A DNA stretch of 64,000 bases from Myxococcota bacterium (GCA_965250285.1 OZ252299.1:3360001-3424000), one strand, 5' to 3'. Positions 19,356 to 30,009 are shown, numbered from the stretch's first letter. A program made the numbers and translations. The notes: generated by a model not told the origin, from the sequence alone.

Positions 19356-19939
19356 GCCGAGGCCTCCTTCGTGCTGTCGTCATCGCCGGCCGTCTCGGCC
19401 GCGGGCTCTTCGGCCGCGGTCTCTTCGGTCGGGGTCTCGGTCGCCTCGCCTTCGGCGGGGGCCGCGGCGGCAGCCTCTTCCTCAGCGGCCTTGGCCGCCG
19501 CCTCGGCAGCGGCCTTCGCCGCGGCCTCGGCCTCGGCGGCCGCGCGGGCCTTCGCCTCTTCGGCTTCGCGCGCCGCCTTCTCGGCGAGGCGCTTCTGCAG
19601 CTCGGCTTCCTTCTCGCGGGCCGCGGCGACGCGCCCTTCGACGTCCTGCACCTCGTCCTCGACCTTCACGGTCAGGAAGCGCAGGACGCTCTCCTCGATG
19701 CGCAGCGTGCGCTCGAGCTCGTCGACGACCTTGCCGTCATCGAGGAACGACAGCAGGTAGTAGTGACCCTTCTGAAACTTCTGGATCGGGTAGGCGAACT
19801 TGCGCTTGCCCTGATCGTCGAGCAGCAGTCGGGTCGAGCCCGCGCCCTCGAGGATCTCATCCAGCTTGGCGAGCAGCGTCGCGGAGCCCTCTTCCGAGAT
19901 CTCCGGCTGGATGATGAAATTGAACTCGTATTCCCGCAC
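19352..19939 (-). CDS. rpsF: 30S ribosomal protein S6 with Ala/Glu-rich tail
   Basis: [49 protein letters not shown]. Confidence 0.95.
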   Translation of the reverse strand: MREYEFNFIIQPEISEEGSATLLAKLDEILEGAGSTRLLLDDQGKRKFAYPIQKFQKGHYYLLSFLDDGKVVDELERTLRIEESVLRFLTVKVEDEVQDVEGRVAAAREKEAELQKRLAEKAAREAEEAKARAAAEAEAAAKAAAEAAAKAAEEEAAAAAPAEGEATETPTEETAAEEPAAETAGDDDSTKEASA

Positions 19940-20146
19940 GAACGACTCCTCCTGGACGGCCCGGTGAAGGCCGGGCCCACGCGGTTCTCTCGTCGGAGGG
20001 TTCTCTCGTCGAGAGTCGGCGCGCCGTCGGGTGGACGCGCCGCGCGTGGACCGAGGTTGGGATGAAGGGCCGGCGAAGCGACCCGTTGGGATCCGGGGGT
20101 TTACCTCAGATCCGGGGCGGCTGCCAAGCCAAGCCCCCGGGGCCGA

Positions 20147-20716
20147 TCAGCCTCCCAGCCAGGCCGCGTGCACGCGCAGGTCGTCGGTCAGCTCGGGGTG
20201 GAACGTCGAGGCCCAGACGGCCCCCTGCCGCACCAGTACCGGCTTCCCCTCCACCCGCGCGAGCACCTCGACGTCGGGGCCCAGGCCGGCCAGCACGGGC
20301 GCCCGGATGAAGACGCACTCGAGGCCGTCGAAGGGCGTATCGGCGTCGGCATCGGCCGGCGCGATGAACGAGTCGAGCTGGGTGCCATAGGCGTTGCGCT
20401 CGGCGACGGCGTCGAGCAGACCGAGCGTGCGCACGGGGTGGTTGCGGCTCTCGCGCGCCAGCAGGATCGCGCCCGCGCACGTGCCGAACACCCGACCACC
20501 GCCGGCTACGAAGGCCTGGATCGGCTCTTCGAGGCCGTGCCGTTCGAGCCCCATCGAGATCGTCGTGCTCTCACCGCCCGGCAGCACGAGCCCGTCGAGG
20601 CCCTCGAGATCCTCCTTGCGGAGCACCGGGCGCACCTCGGCGCCGAGTCGCTCCAGGGCGCGGCGGTGTTTCTCGACCGCGCCCTGAATCGTAACGATGC
20701 CGATACGCGTCTTCAT
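20147..20716 (-). CDS. pdxT: PLP synthase glutaminase subunit
   Basis: LPGGESTT, GTCAGAILL, RNAYG.Q.DSF, FIRAP, FHPEL. Confidence 0.95.
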   Translation of the reverse strand: MKTRIGIVTIQGAVEKHRRALERLGAEVRPVLRKEDLEGLDGLVLPGGESTTISMGLERHGLEEPIQAFVAGGGRVFGTCAGAILLARESRNHPVRTLGLLDAVAERNAYGTQLDSFIAPADADADTPFDGLECVFIRAPVLAGLGPDVEVLARVEGKPVLVRQGAVWASTFHPELTDDLRVHAAWLGG

Positions 20717-20746
20717 CGATCCAGCCCCATCCAGCCGACGGCCGGC

Positions 20747-21676
20747 CTACCAGCCGCGGTTCGCGAGGCGCTCGCTCTCGTCGAGGGTCGACATCTCGAT
20801 GCCCTCCATCGCCGAGCCGAGGCCGCGGTGGGCCGCGAGGATCTCACCGGGATCCTCCCAGTGCGTATTCGCGTGCACCACGGCCTTCGCGCGCTTCTCG
20901 GGGTCGCTGCTCTTGAAGATGCCGCTGCCCACGAACACTGCCTCGGCGCCGAGCTGTCGGCAGAGCGCCGCGTCGGCGGGCGTCGCGATGCCGCCGGCCG
21001 CGAAGTTCGGCACGGGGAGCTTTCCGTTGTCGTGGACATAGCGGACGAGGTCGTAGGGCGCGCCGAGATTCTTGGCGACCGTCATCAGCTCGTCGGGGCG
21101 CATGGCCTGAATCTGGCGCATCTCGCCGACGACGCTGCGCAGGTGCCGCACCGCCTCGACGATGTTGCCGCTGCCCGCCTCGCCCTTGGTGCGCATCATC
21201 GCCGCCCCCTCGCCGATGCGCCGCAGCGCCTCGCCCAGGTTGCGCGCGCCGCACACGAAGGGCACGGCGAAGGCGTGCTTGTCGACGTGGAACTCGTCGT
21301 CGGCCGGTGTCAGCACCTCGCTCTCGTCGATGAAGTCGACACCCATGGCTTCGAGCACCGACGCCTCGCTGAAGTGCCCGATGCGGACCTTCGCCATGAC
21401 CGGGATCGACACCGCGCGCTGGATGCCCTCGATCATGTCGACGGCGCTCATGCGGGCCACGCCGCCGTCCTTGCGGATGTCGGCGGGGACACGCTCGAGG
21501 GCCATGACGGCACAGGCCCCGGCCTGCTCGGCGATCTTCGCCTGCTCGGGGTCGACGACATCCATGATGACGCCGTTCTTGAGCATCTCGGCGAGGCCGA
21601 TCTTCAGCTCGAAGGCCTCGGCGCCTCGGCGCCCCTGACCGTTTCCACCACTTCCGTTGGTTCCTTCTCTGGACAT
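20747..21676 (-). CDS. pdxS: PLP synthase lyase subunit
   Basis: [58 protein letters not shown]. Confidence 0.97.
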   Translation of the reverse strand: MSREGTNGSGGNGQGRRGAEAFELKIGLAEMLKNGVIMDVVDPEQAKIAEQAGACAVMALERVPADIRKDGGVARMSAVDMIEGIQRAVSIPVMAKVRIGHFSEASVLEAMGVDFIDESEVLTPADDEFHVDKHAFAVPFVCGARNLGEALRRIGEGAAMMRTKGEAGSGNIVEAVRHLRSVVGEMRQIQAMRPDELMTVAKNLGAPYDLVRYVHDNGKLPVPNFAAGGIATPADAALCRQLGAEAVFVGSGIFKSSDPEKRAKAVVHANTHWEDPGEILAAHRGLGSAMEGIEMSTLDESERLANRGW

Positions 21677-21771
21677 CTCGTCCCTCCTAGCCAGAGCGCG
21701 GTCGCGCTCCTTCGATGCGTTGCGAACCAGCGCTACAGGTGCAGGCTCGCCCGATGCAATGCGTGCCGGCG

Positions 21772-23256
21772 CTACAGGTGCAGGCTCGCCGGCTGTCGTG
21801 CACTCGCGCCGGCGTCGACGTGGGCACGCACCACGCGCCCCAGCGCCTCGACGCCCGCGCGAATCTGCTCTTCGCTCGTCTGCGCGATCACGATGCGCAG
21901 ACAGGCCGAAGCGCGCCCGTCGGCGTTGAACTGCGAGCCGGGCGCGAAGACCACGCCGGCGCGCGTCGCGTCGGCCAGCAGCTCGCGCGTATCGATCTCG
22001 TGGGGCAGCTCGACCCAGACCTGGTAGCCGCCTTCGGGCTTCGTGAAGCGGGTGCCCTCAGGCATGTGCGCCGCGAGCGCTTCGGCGAGCGCGGCGTGTC
22101 GCTTGCGCAGCTCGCGGCGAATGCGGCCGAGGTGGCGATCGTAGGCCCCGCTTGCGAGGAACTCGGCCATCGCCGCCTGCAGCGGCGCCGAGTCGGAGAG
22201 ATCGGTCGCGTGCTTGAGCGCGACGAGCCCGTCGAGGGCGCGGCCACGGGCAAGGATCGAACCGACGCGAGCGCCCGGGAAGAGCGACTTCGACAGCGAG
22301 AAGAGGTGGGTCACGATGCCGCGCTCGTCGAGCGCCGCGAGCGACGGCACGGGCCGACCGCTGCAGCGGAGATCCATCTCGAAGGCGTCCTCGATCACGG
22401 GCTTGCCGCAGCGCGCCGCGACCTCGAGCAGCGTCCGGCGAGCCGCCACGCTGGTGGTCGTCCCCATCGGATTGTGAAAGGTGGGGATCGTGTAGAAGGC
22501 CTTCACGTCGGGCCGACCGAGCACGCGCTCGAGCGCGGCGAGATCGGGCCCGTCGCCGGTCATCTCGACCTCGACGGGGCGCACGCCCTGCCCCGCCATC
22601 GTCGCCAGGACGTTGTGGTACGTCGGCGCCTCGACCGCGACGGCGTCGCCGGGCTCGGTGAAGAGCCGCAGGGCGAGCGAGATGCCCTGGCTGGCGCCGT
22701 GGCACAGCACGAGGTCGCGCGCGTCGACCTCGATGCCGGCCGCACGAAACCGCGCGGCCAGGGCCTCGCGGAGCGGCGGATGCCCCTGGGGCTCGCCATA
22801 GAGAAAGAGCCGCTCGCCGCCCTCGGCCACCGCGCGGTTGAACGCCTTGCGAAAGTCGTCGACCGGATACAGTGCGGGATCGGGGATCAGCGAGTGGAAC
22901 GGCACGAGGTCGCCGGCCGCGCCGAAGCGGGGCCGAGCCTTCTCGATCTCGAGCAGGCGATCGACGCCGTCGGCGAGCGTGACGGCGACAGGCTCGCCCG
23001 CGGCCGCCGGGGTGCCCCGCACGAACGTGCCCCGGCCGACGACCGACTCGACGAGGCCCTCGTCGGCCAGGCTCTCGTAGGCGAGCGCGACGGTGTCACG
23101 GTTCACGCCGAGATCGCCGGCCAGGCTTCGAATCGGGGGGAGGCGCGCGCCCGCGCCCAGCTCACCGCTCGCGATCTGCTCGCGAATCGCGTCCGCGATG
23201 CGCCGGTAGACCGGCCCATCGGCCGCCGGATCGATCTGAAAGGCCCCGGTCGCCAT
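21772..23256 (-). CDS. MocR/GabR-family regulator (GntR HTH + PLP aminotransferase domain), PdxR-like by context
   Basis: [26 protein letters not shown]...[35 protein letters not shown]; directly upstream of pdxS. Confidence 0.88.
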   Translation of the reverse strand: MATGAFQIDPAADGPVYRRIADAIREQIASGELGAGARLPPIRSLAGDLGVNRDTVALAYESLADEGLVESVVGRGTFVRGTPAAAGEPVAVTLADGVDRLLEIEKARPRFGAAGDLVPFHSLIPDPALYPVDDFRKAFNRAVAEGGERLFLYGEPQGHPPLREALAARFRAAGIEVDARDLVLCHGASQGISLALRLFTEPGDAVAVEAPTYHNVLATMAGQGVRPVEVEMTGDGPDLAALERVLGRPDVKAFYTIPTFHNPMGTTTSVAARRTLLEVAARCGKPVIEDAFEMDLRCSGRPVPSLAALDERGIVTHLFSLSKSLFPGARVGSILARGRALDGLVALKHATDLSDSAPLQAAMAEFLASGAYDRHLGRIRRELRKRHAALAEALAAHMPEGTRFTKPEGGYQVWVELPHEIDTRELLADATRAGVVFAPGSQFNADGRASACLRIVIAQTSEEQIRAGVEALGRVVRAHVDAGASARQPASLHL

Positions 23257-23373
23257 GGTCGGCAAGGTAGACGGGGGCCTCGACCCGTTCAATGTCGTTT
23301 TGTCGGGACAATCTGGGAAAGATCGGGCGCCTCTTTGCGGCCCGATCCGGACAATTCCCGGGACACCCGGGGG

Positions 23374-24714
23374 TCAGTCCGGGAGCGGATCCTCGCTCGC
23401 GCGCGCCTCTTTCGAGGCGCCCGACGCGGCGAGCCGCGCCTCGTCATCGGCGGCCTCACCCACCCCGAGGAGCCGCCCGAGGACGAGCGCCGCCATCCCG
23501 ACGAGGCCGGACAGCAGGGCGCCCATCTTCGCCTGGCCCTGCATCACGAGATCGTCCGAGAAAGCCGCGTCCGCCACGAAGAGCGCGACGGTGAGACCGA
23601 GCGCGGCGATGAAGCCGCTCATCACGAGGTCATTCACGTTCATGCCATTCGGCAGCTTGAGCCCCACGGCCTGCGCGAGCAGCCCGGCCCCGGCGATCCC
23701 GATCGTCTTGCCGACCACGAGGCTGATCAGCACGAGCCACGTCATCGTGCCCGCGCTCGTCAGCTCGACGCCGGCGTTGCAGAACGCGAAGAAGAAGAGG
23801 CCGAAATCGACGAAGAACTTCGTCTGATGCTCGTACTTGTCGAGCGTCGAGTGCTCGACGTGCAGCTCGGCGGCGAGCTCGGGCCCCATCTGCTTGTACT
23901 CGTCGCGCTGATCGAAGAGACCGAAATCGCGACGCGGGGCCGGCAGGAACGGCACGACCACGGCGAGCGCGAGCGCGGGATGCAGGTGCGCCATGATGAG
24001 ACCGCTCCACGAGAGCGGACCCGCGACGAAGATGTACGGCTGCCACGCCTTGACACCGAAGCGACGCATCAGAAAGGCGACCAGCATGCCGCCGAGCGTG
24101 AGCAGCAGAAAGATCGGCTCGGCCGGCTGATCGGGGTCGCCGTAGAACGCGGCGATGATCACCAGACCGATCGCGTCGTCGGCGACCGCCAGCAGCAGCA
24201 GGAAGGCGACGGCGGGGTGCCCCTTGCCGAAGACCGTGCGCGCCACGAGCCACGCGAGCGCGATGTCGGTGGCCGTCGGGATGCCCCAGCCCCGCGCCAG
24301 GTGATCCCAGTCGTCGACGACCGGGTCGTAGAGTCCGAGCTGAAAGGCGCCCCAGAGCCCGAGGAAGAAGACGCCGACGGGGCCGACGACCCCACCGATC
24401 GTCGCGATCAGCGGCGTGACGGCCTTGGCCGGCGGGTTGAGCGCGCCGCCCGGCAGGCAGCTCTCGGTGATCTCCTTGGCGGCGATGCCGAAGAAGAACA
24501 CCATGAAGATGTCGTTCACCAGAAAGTGGAAGTCGAGCGTGTGCTTGAAGAGCTCGAGCCCGGCAACCGGCTCCCAGTGCAGGATGCGCTGATAGGCCTC
24601 GGGCGCTGCGTTCGCGACCATGAGGGCGACGAACACGCCCGAGAGCAGCGGGATCGAGAACTCCTGCAGGAGTTCGAGCACGCCGCGTTCCTGGTTGTCC
24701 TTCGCGCTGGACAC
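23374..24714 (-). CDS. nhaA: Na+/H+ antiporter NhaA
   Basis: VNDIFMVFFF, GWGIPTATDIA, LLLAVADDAIG, GKTIGI. Confidence 0.9.
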   Translation of the reverse strand: MSSAKDNQERGVLELLQEFSIPLLSGVFVALMVANAAPEAYQRILHWEPVAGLELFKHTLDFHFLVNDIFMVFFFGIAAKEITESCLPGGALNPPAKAVTPLIATIGGVVGPVGVFFLGLWGAFQLGLYDPVVDDWDHLARGWGIPTATDIALAWLVARTVFGKGHPAVAFLLLLAVADDAIGLVIIAAFYGDPDQPAEPIFLLLTLGGMLVAFLMRRFGVKAWQPYIFVAGPLSWSGLIMAHLHPALALAVVVPFLPAPRRDFGLFDQRDEYKQMGPELAAELHVEHSTLDKYEHQTKFFVDFGLFFFAFCNAGVELTSAGTMTWLVLISLVVGKTIGIAGAGLLAQAVGLKLPNGMNVNDLVMSGFIAALGLTVALFVADAAFSDDLVMQGQAKMGALLSGLVGMAALVLGRLLGVGEAADDEARLAASGASKEARASEDPLPD

Positions 24715-24980
24715 TCGCCGCCCCTACACCGCTTCTACGATTGCCGATGATCCCTGGGCCGCTGTTCGCGACACGCTGATGCGGACGACATCGAGCGGAA
24801 CCCCGTGCGCATCGCTCACGCGCGCATGCGGGTGGGGACCGGGGTGTCGACCGAGATCGGAGGCTACCGGGATTCGCCGCGCCTGGCTGCACCGTCGCGT
24901 GCCGAAGTGTTCGTGCCGCGGGGGCGCGCGCTCGCGCCGTGTCGGCTCGAGCGCACCGGGCCACCGCACCTGCGCCGAGT

Positions 24981-25583
24981 TCAGCCGGCCAGGTCGGGGC
25001 CGCCGCGGTTCGTCTCTTCCATCGCGCGATCGAGATCCCGCCCGAGCCAGGCGTCGATTGCTGCGACCGCTCGCCCGATCGTGCCCCTGAGGGGCTCCGT
25101 TTCCTCGGGTCGAAAGTCGCTGAGCACCCAGTCGACCACCGCCACGCCGTCGGCCGGGCGTCCGATCCCGATGCGCAGCCGCGGAACATCGCGGGTGCCC
25201 AGCCGATCGATCACGTCCGCGAGCCCGCGCTGCCCCCCGGCGCCGCCCGAGCCGCGCAGCCGCAGGCGGCCGAGCGGCAGGTCGAGATCGTCGTGCACGA
25301 CGAGCACGTCCGCCGGCGAGAGCTCGGGGTGCTCGGCGAGCGCGTCGGCGAGGCTGGCGCCGGAGCCGTTCATGAACGTCGTCGGCGCGAGCACGCCCAC
25401 GACGTGATCCGGCCCGCCTGCGTCGGCCTGCGTCGGGGTGTGAATCTGAGTGTAGAGCCCGTGGTGGCGCGGTACCGGCGCGGGCGCGCCCGCGCGCTGC
25501 GCCCAGGCGCGCACGGCCATGAACCCCACGTTGTGGCGGTGGGCGGCGTACGCGGGGCCCGGATTGCCGAGCCCCGCGATCAA
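24981..25583 (-). CDS. pth: Peptidyl-tRNA hydrolase
   Basis: GLGNPG, RHNVGF, PTTFMNGSG, HDDLDL, RLRIGIGRP. Confidence 0.95.
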   Translation of the reverse strand: MIAGLGNPGPAYAAHRHNVGFMAVRAWAQRAGAPAPVPRHHGLYTQIHTPTQADAGGPDHVVGVLAPTTFMNGSGASLADALAEHPELSPADVLVVHDDLDLPLGRLRLRGSGGAGGQRGLADVIDRLGTRDVPRLRIGIGRPADGVAVVDWVLSDFRPEETEPLRGTIGRAVAAIDAWLGRDLDRAMEETNRGGPDLAG

Positions 25584-25597
25584 CCGGGTGAGACGAC

Positions 25598-26266
25598 TCA
25601 GTCGTCGCTGCCGCCGGAGTCGGCCTCGGCCTTCTCCTCGCCGCCCTCGGCGGCTTCGGCGCCCTCTTCGCCCTCGGCGGCCTCTTCTTCGTCGGCCGCG
25701 ACACCGCGCGGAATCACGATGGCGGCGACCGGCAGCTCGGCCGGCGTCACCATCTCGGCGCCGTCGGGCAACGTCAGCTCGTTCACGTGCAGCGATTCAC
25801 CGAGGTCGAGGTGGCTCACGTCTGCGACGAGCTCGTCGGGGATCGCGCCCGCCTTGCAGCTGATGTCGACCTTGTGGAGCGAATGATCGAGCAGGCCGCC
25901 CATCATCACACCGTGGGGCGAACCGGTCAGGTGCACCGGCACCGAGACCGAGACGCGCGCCTCGGTGTCGACCTCGAACAGGTCGACGTGGCGGATGCGG
26001 CCCTTCAACGGATCGCGATCGAGATCCTTGACCATCACGGTTCGGCCGCCGACGCCGCTGTCGCCTTCGAGGTCGATCAGCGCGTTCAGGCCCGCGTGGT
26101 GAGTATGGATGATGCGGTCGAGGGTGCTCGGATCGAGGCTCACGGCCACGGGATCCTTGCCACCCCCGTAGACGACAGCGGGGACGCGGCCGGCGGCGCG
26201 CATCTTGCGCGCTGCGCCCTTGCCACGGCTCTCGCGTGCTTCGACGGCCAGGGATACTTCGCTCAC
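25598..26266 (-). CDS. rplY: 50S ribosomal protein L25 / Ctc
   Basis: GKGAARKMRAAGRVPAVVYG, HVDL, C-terminal Ctc domain. Confidence 0.95.
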   Translation of the reverse strand: MSEVSLAVEARESRGKGAARKMRAAGRVPAVVYGGGKDPVAVSLDPSTLDRIIHTHHAGLNALIDLEGDSGVGGRTVMVKDLDRDPLKGRIRHVDLFEVDTEARVSVSVPVHLTGSPHGVMMGGLLDHSLHKVDISCKAGAIPDELVADVSHLDLGESLHVNELTLPDGAEMVTPAELPVAAIVIPRGVAADEEEAAEGEEGAEAAEGGEEKAEADSGGSDD

Positions 26267-26300
26267 GACTTGACTCCCACGGCGCGGATCGCGCCGACTT

Positions 26301-27239
26301 CTAGAACAGAGAGCTCACGCTCTCCTCGTTGTTGATGCGCCGAATCGCCTCACCGAGCTGTTGAGCCACGGAGACGACGTGAATCTTTTCGCTCTCGACC
26401 GCCTCGGGTCGGAGCGGGATGGTATCGGTGACGATCAGCTCACTCAGGTTCGACTCAGCGATGCGCTTGATCGCGGGCCCCGACAGCACGGGATGCGTGA
26501 TCGCGGCGTAGACGCCCGCGGCCCCCGAGTCGAGCAGGCTGTCGGCCGCGTTCTTGAGCGTCCCTGCGGTGTCGACGATGTCGTCGACGATCACGCAGGT
26601 CTTGCCTTCGACGTCACCGATGATGTGCATCACCTCGCTGACGTTCGCCCGCTCGCGGCGCTTGTCGATGATGGCGAGACCGACGTCGAGGCGCTTCGCG
26701 TAGGCACGAGCCCGCTCCACGCCCCCCGCATCGGGTGAGATGATCGCGATCTCGCCAGGCACACGCTCCTTGATCGCATCGATCAGCAGCGGGGTGGCGA
26801 AGAGGTTGTCGACGGGGATGTCGAAGAAGCCCTGAATCTGACCCGCGTGCAGATCCATGCAGAGCACACGATCGGCGCCCGCGGTCGTGATCAGATCGGC
26901 CACGAGCTTGGCCGTGATCGGCACGCGCGGCTTGACCTTGCGATCCTGTCGCGAGTAGCCGTAGTACGGGATCACCGCGGTGATGCGCCGCGCGGAGCTG
27001 CGCTTCAGCGCATCGATCATGATGAGCAGCTCCATGATGTGCCGGTTGGCCGGCGCGCACGTCGGCTGCAGCACGAAGACGTCCATGCCCCGCACGTTCT
27101 CGCCGATGTCGACGTTGCACTCGCCGTCGCTGAAGGTCGAGACCTCGCAGGTGCCGACCTCCATGTCGAGGTAGCGCGCGACGGCGTGGGCGAGCTTCGG
27201 ATTCGCGTTGCCGCTGAAGAGCTTCATGCCGTACTTCAT
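26301..27239 (-). CDS. prs: Ribose-phosphate pyrophosphokinase
   Basis: True start [55 protein letters not shown]. Confidence 0.97.
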   Translation of the reverse strand: MKYGMKLFSGNANPKLAHAVARYLDMEVGTCEVSTFSDGECNVDIGENVRGMDVFVLQPTCAPANRHIMELLIMIDALKRSSARRITAVIPYYGYSRQDRKVKPRVPITAKLVADLITTAGADRVLCMDLHAGQIQGFFDIPVDNLFATPLLIDAIKERVPGEIAIISPDAGGVERARAYAKRLDVGLAIIDKRRERANVSEVMHIIGDVEGKTCVIVDDIVDTAGTLKNAADSLLDSGAAGVYAAITHPVLSGPAIKRIAESNLSELIVTDTIPLRPEAVESEKIHVVSVAQQLGEAIRRINNEESVSSLF

Positions 27240-27418
27240 GCGCCTGTCTCTTCTGCCTTGGCCACCGCGGCCGCCTTGCTCGCCCGATGCGCGCTCTGCG
27301 CTCGGCGTTTCGAGCCTCGGATCCACGCGCCCGTCGGCCCCGAACCGGGGCCACGCAGGCTCACGTCTTCCGCTTCGTCGGTCCGAGATCGTCGGCCCAC
27401 GCTCCGCCCCAGCGACCC

Positions 27419-27494
27419 TGGTTGGGGCGGTAGGATTCGAACCTACAAATGGCGGCTCCAAAGGCCGCTGCCTTAACCATTTGGCGACGCCCCA
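27419..27494 (-). tRNA. tRNA-Gln (TTG)
   Basis: Minus strand TGGGGCGTCGCCAAATGGTTAAGGCAGCGGCCTTTGGAGCCGCCATTTGTAGGTTCGAATCCTACCGCCCCAACCA: 76 nt, anticodon TTG, GGTTCGAATCC T-arm, encoded CCA; usual position between ispE and prs. Confidence 0.97.
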
Positions 27495-27676
27495 AGAACG
27501 GCGAGCTCGCCGCCCTGGCCGGACACGTTGGGCCCGTCGCCCCGCGCCCGGTCGCTCCGACCGAAACGATCTCGATCGGCGCATGTCGGGGCCGACCCCC
27601 GCCGCGCCGTAGCCGAAGTGGCCAGGCCTTCGACGGGTGAACCGGCCCCGGAGCCAGGCTCGAGGCGGGCCAGAAT

Positions 27677-28585
27677 CTAACGGGCGCCGGGCGAAACCGC
27701 GACCCGGAACCACCCGGAATCGTTGACCGAAAGCCCCTCGACAGCCCGCTCGGCCGCCGTGCGACCAGCAAACACGCCGAAGACGGTGGCCCCGCTGCCG
27801 CTCTGCGCGCTGGCGAGTGCCCCCTGGCGCTCCAGCGCCGAGCGCAGATCGCGCATCGCCGGGCAGAGGGCCTCGGCGGCCGGCGCCAGATCGTTCTCGA
27901 GCAGCCGAGCCCACGCCGGGCGGTCGGGCCCGAAACCGGCGGCGCGAAGGCCCGCGATGGCGGCGGCCAGATCGCCCTGCGGGGCGAACGCGGTGCCCCC
28001 TTCGGCCCGGCCGCGGAACACGTCGGCGGTGGCGACGTCGACGCGCGGGTTCGCGAGCACGAAGACGAGCTCGGGCCAGTCGCCGAGCGCCTCGCGGTGC
28101 TCACCGATGCCGGTCACGACCGCGGGGCGCGGGTCGAGAAAGAACGGCACATCGGCGCCGAGCCGGGCGGCGACGTCGGCGAGCGCTTCTGGGGCGAGAT
28201 CGTCGGGAAACAGTCGGGCGAGGCCGCGCAGTACGGCGCCGGCGTCGCTCGACCCGCCGCCGAGACCGGCCGCCGAGGGGATGCGCTTGCGCAGCGCGAT
28301 CCGGATGGCGGCGCTTCGCCCCGCTCGGTCGAGGAACGCGCGAGCCGCGCGCACGGCGAGGTTTCGGTGATCGGTGGGGACATCGATGGTGAGCGCCGGG
28401 TCGGCATCGCCCGGCGCGAGCTCGAGGTCAATGGCATCACCGGGGCCGGCCTCGAGTTGCACGTCATCGTGCAGATCGACCGGCACGAACACGCTCTCGA
28501 GCAGGTGGTAGCCGTCGGCGCGCCGGCCCACGATGCGGAGGCCGAGGTTCAGCTTGGCGGGCGCTTCGAGCTCGACCCGGTCCAA
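27677..28585 (-). CDS. ispE: 4-diphosphocytidyl-2-C-methyl-D-erythritol kinase
   Basis: [42 protein letters not shown]. Confidence 0.95.
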   Translation of the reverse strand: MDRVELEAPAKLNLGLRIVGRRADGYHLLESVFVPVDLHDDVQLEAGPGDAIDLELAPGDADPALTIDVPTDHRNLAVRAARAFLDRAGRSAAIRIALRKRIPSAAGLGGGSSDAGAVLRGLARLFPDDLAPEALADVAARLGADVPFFLDPRPAVVTGIGEHREALGDWPELVFVLANPRVDVATADVFRGRAEGGTAFAPQGDLAAAIAGLRAAGFGPDRPAWARLLENDLAPAAEALCPAMRDLRSALERQGALASAQSGSGATVFGVFAGRTAAERAVEGLSVNDSGWFRVAVSPGAR

Positions 28586-28635
28586 TCGCTTCTCCGACTC
28601 GGTGGTCGCATGGGCTGCGCGCGCGCCGCGGCTGC

Positions 28636-28947
28636 TCAGTCGGGGGGGCCGAGCTTGAGGAAGTGCATGCGCAGCTCGTAGAGGAGACTCTCGAAGAGCT
28701 TGTCCTCTTCTTCTTCGAGGTTGCCTCGCGTCTTTTCTCGCAGCATGACGAGCGTATCGATCGTCTGGCGCGCAATGGTGCGATCGGGTGTCGCCTTCGT
28801 GCCCGACGCGGGGTCGGGCACGAGCCCCATCTGGTAGAGGGCACTCGTCGAGAGCGAGAGCAGGAACGTCGAGAAGTCGATGGCGGGCAGCTCACCCGCC
28901 TCGTCGGTCCCCTGCGCTTCGTCGCTGGCCCCGTCGTCACTTGCCAT
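28636..28947 (-). CDS. DUF1844 domain protein
   Basis: True start MASDDG (GGAGG upstream); IDFSTFLLSLSTSALYQMG...ARQTIDTL.ML.EKTRGNL.EEE.KL...LYELRM. Confidence 0.8.
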   Translation of the reverse strand: MASDDGASDEAQGTDEAGELPAIDFSTFLLSLSTSALYQMGLVPDPASGTKATPDRTIARQTIDTLVMLREKTRGNLEEEEDKLFESLLYELRMHFLKLGPPD

Positions 28948-29692
28948 GGGCGACCTCCTCCCCGTGCGAGCTCGATGCGTCGGGCGCGCCGTGACCGACC
29001 GGCGCCGCTTCGACGTCTTCCTGCGCCGCGCGCGCGGCGTGCGCCGGCGGCGCGACTTCCGCGACCGGCACGGCCACCTCGACCGATGCGCCGTCGGTGG
29101 CCCGAGCGAGATCGAGCTCGTCGAGACTTCGCCGGGCCACGGTGAAGCGCTGGACGACCGTGATCGTCGCGCCCACCGCGAGTGCCCACAACGCGATCTC
29201 CATGATGCCGAAGACGCCGCCGGCGACGATGATGAAGATGCGCTCACCGCGCTCGACGATGCCGACGTGCAACTCGATGTCGAGCCCTTCGGCTCGGGCG
29301 CGCGTGTACGACGTGAGCACGCTCGCTGCGAGGCCGACGCCGGCCACCCACGCCGTCACGATGTCGCCCGACGACGCGAAGTGGATCGCGAGGCCGGTCA
29401 ACACGGCCATGTCGACCAGGCGATCGAGGGTCGAATCGAGGAACGCGCCGAACGCGGTGCTCACGTCGAAGTGGCGCGCGACGACGCCGTCGACCATGTC
29501 GAACATCGCACCGCCCCAGAGCAGCAGTGCCCCCGTCAGCAGCGCGCCCTGCCCGAAGGCGAAGGCACCGCACAGACACACGAGGGTGCCGAGCACGGTG
29601 AGGAGGTTCGGATCGACCTCATTGCGAAACAGGAAGGGCACGCCCGCCTTGACCCAGCGGTCGAGCTCCTTGCCAAACTTGTCCTTGATCAC
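28937..29692 (-). CDS. CDP-alcohol phosphatidyltransferase (PI/PIP synthase-like)
   Basis: PNLLTVLG, DMVDGVVAR...GAFLDSTLDRLVD signature, SYTRARAE, ERGER; start GTG 29692. Confidence 0.85.
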   Translation of the reverse strand: MIKDKFGKELDRWVKAGVPFLFRNEVDPNLLTVLGTLVCLCGAFAFGQGALLTGALLLWGGAMFDMVDGVVARHFDVSTAFGAFLDSTLDRLVDMAVLTGLAIHFASSGDIVTAWVAGVGLAASVLTSYTRARAEGLDIELHVGIVERGERIFIIVAGGVFGIMEIALWALAVGATITVVQRFTVARRSLDELDLARATDGASVEVAVPVAEVAPPAHAARAAQEDVEAAPVGHGAPDASSSHGEEVAHGK

Positions 29693-29748
29693 GCCCGGAT
29701 CCTCGAGCGCGCACCGGCTGGCCGTGCGGCCAGCGGGTGCGCAGCGGC

Positions 29749-30009
29749 TCAGACGGTCGAACCGCCGAACCCACCTTCGGGTGCGGGCGGTGCGGCCGGC
29801 GGCGGCGCGGCGGCCTCGGGAGCCGGCGCGGCCGCTGCGGCGGCCGGCGCGGCGGCCTCGGGGGCCGGCTCTTCGGTACCGTCGTGGATCTTCTCGGTGG
29901 CGTCTTCGAGGCCCTCGAGATGGGCCTCCATCTCGCCGGGTGCGAGCCAGCCGCGGCGCTGCTCGAGGCGGCGGTCGAACTTGAGCTTGTCCTGATCGTC
30001 GAGATTCAT
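29749..30009 (-). CDS. Small hypothetical protein (86 aa)
   Basis: AAGGAG RBS then MNLDDQDKLKFDRRLEQRRGW...LEGLEDATEK with a Pro/Ala tail; coding-like codon usage. Confidence 0.65.
   Translation of the reverse strand: MNLDDQDKLKFDRRLEQRRGWLAPGEMEAHLEGLEDATEKIHDGTEEPAPEAAAPAAAAAAPAPEAAAPPPAAPPAPEGGFGGSTV

Noticed and set aside
27419..27494. Integrative element at tRNA-Gln
   Set aside because: No integrase and no duplicated tRNA 3' end seen; the flanks are the normal ispE and prs.
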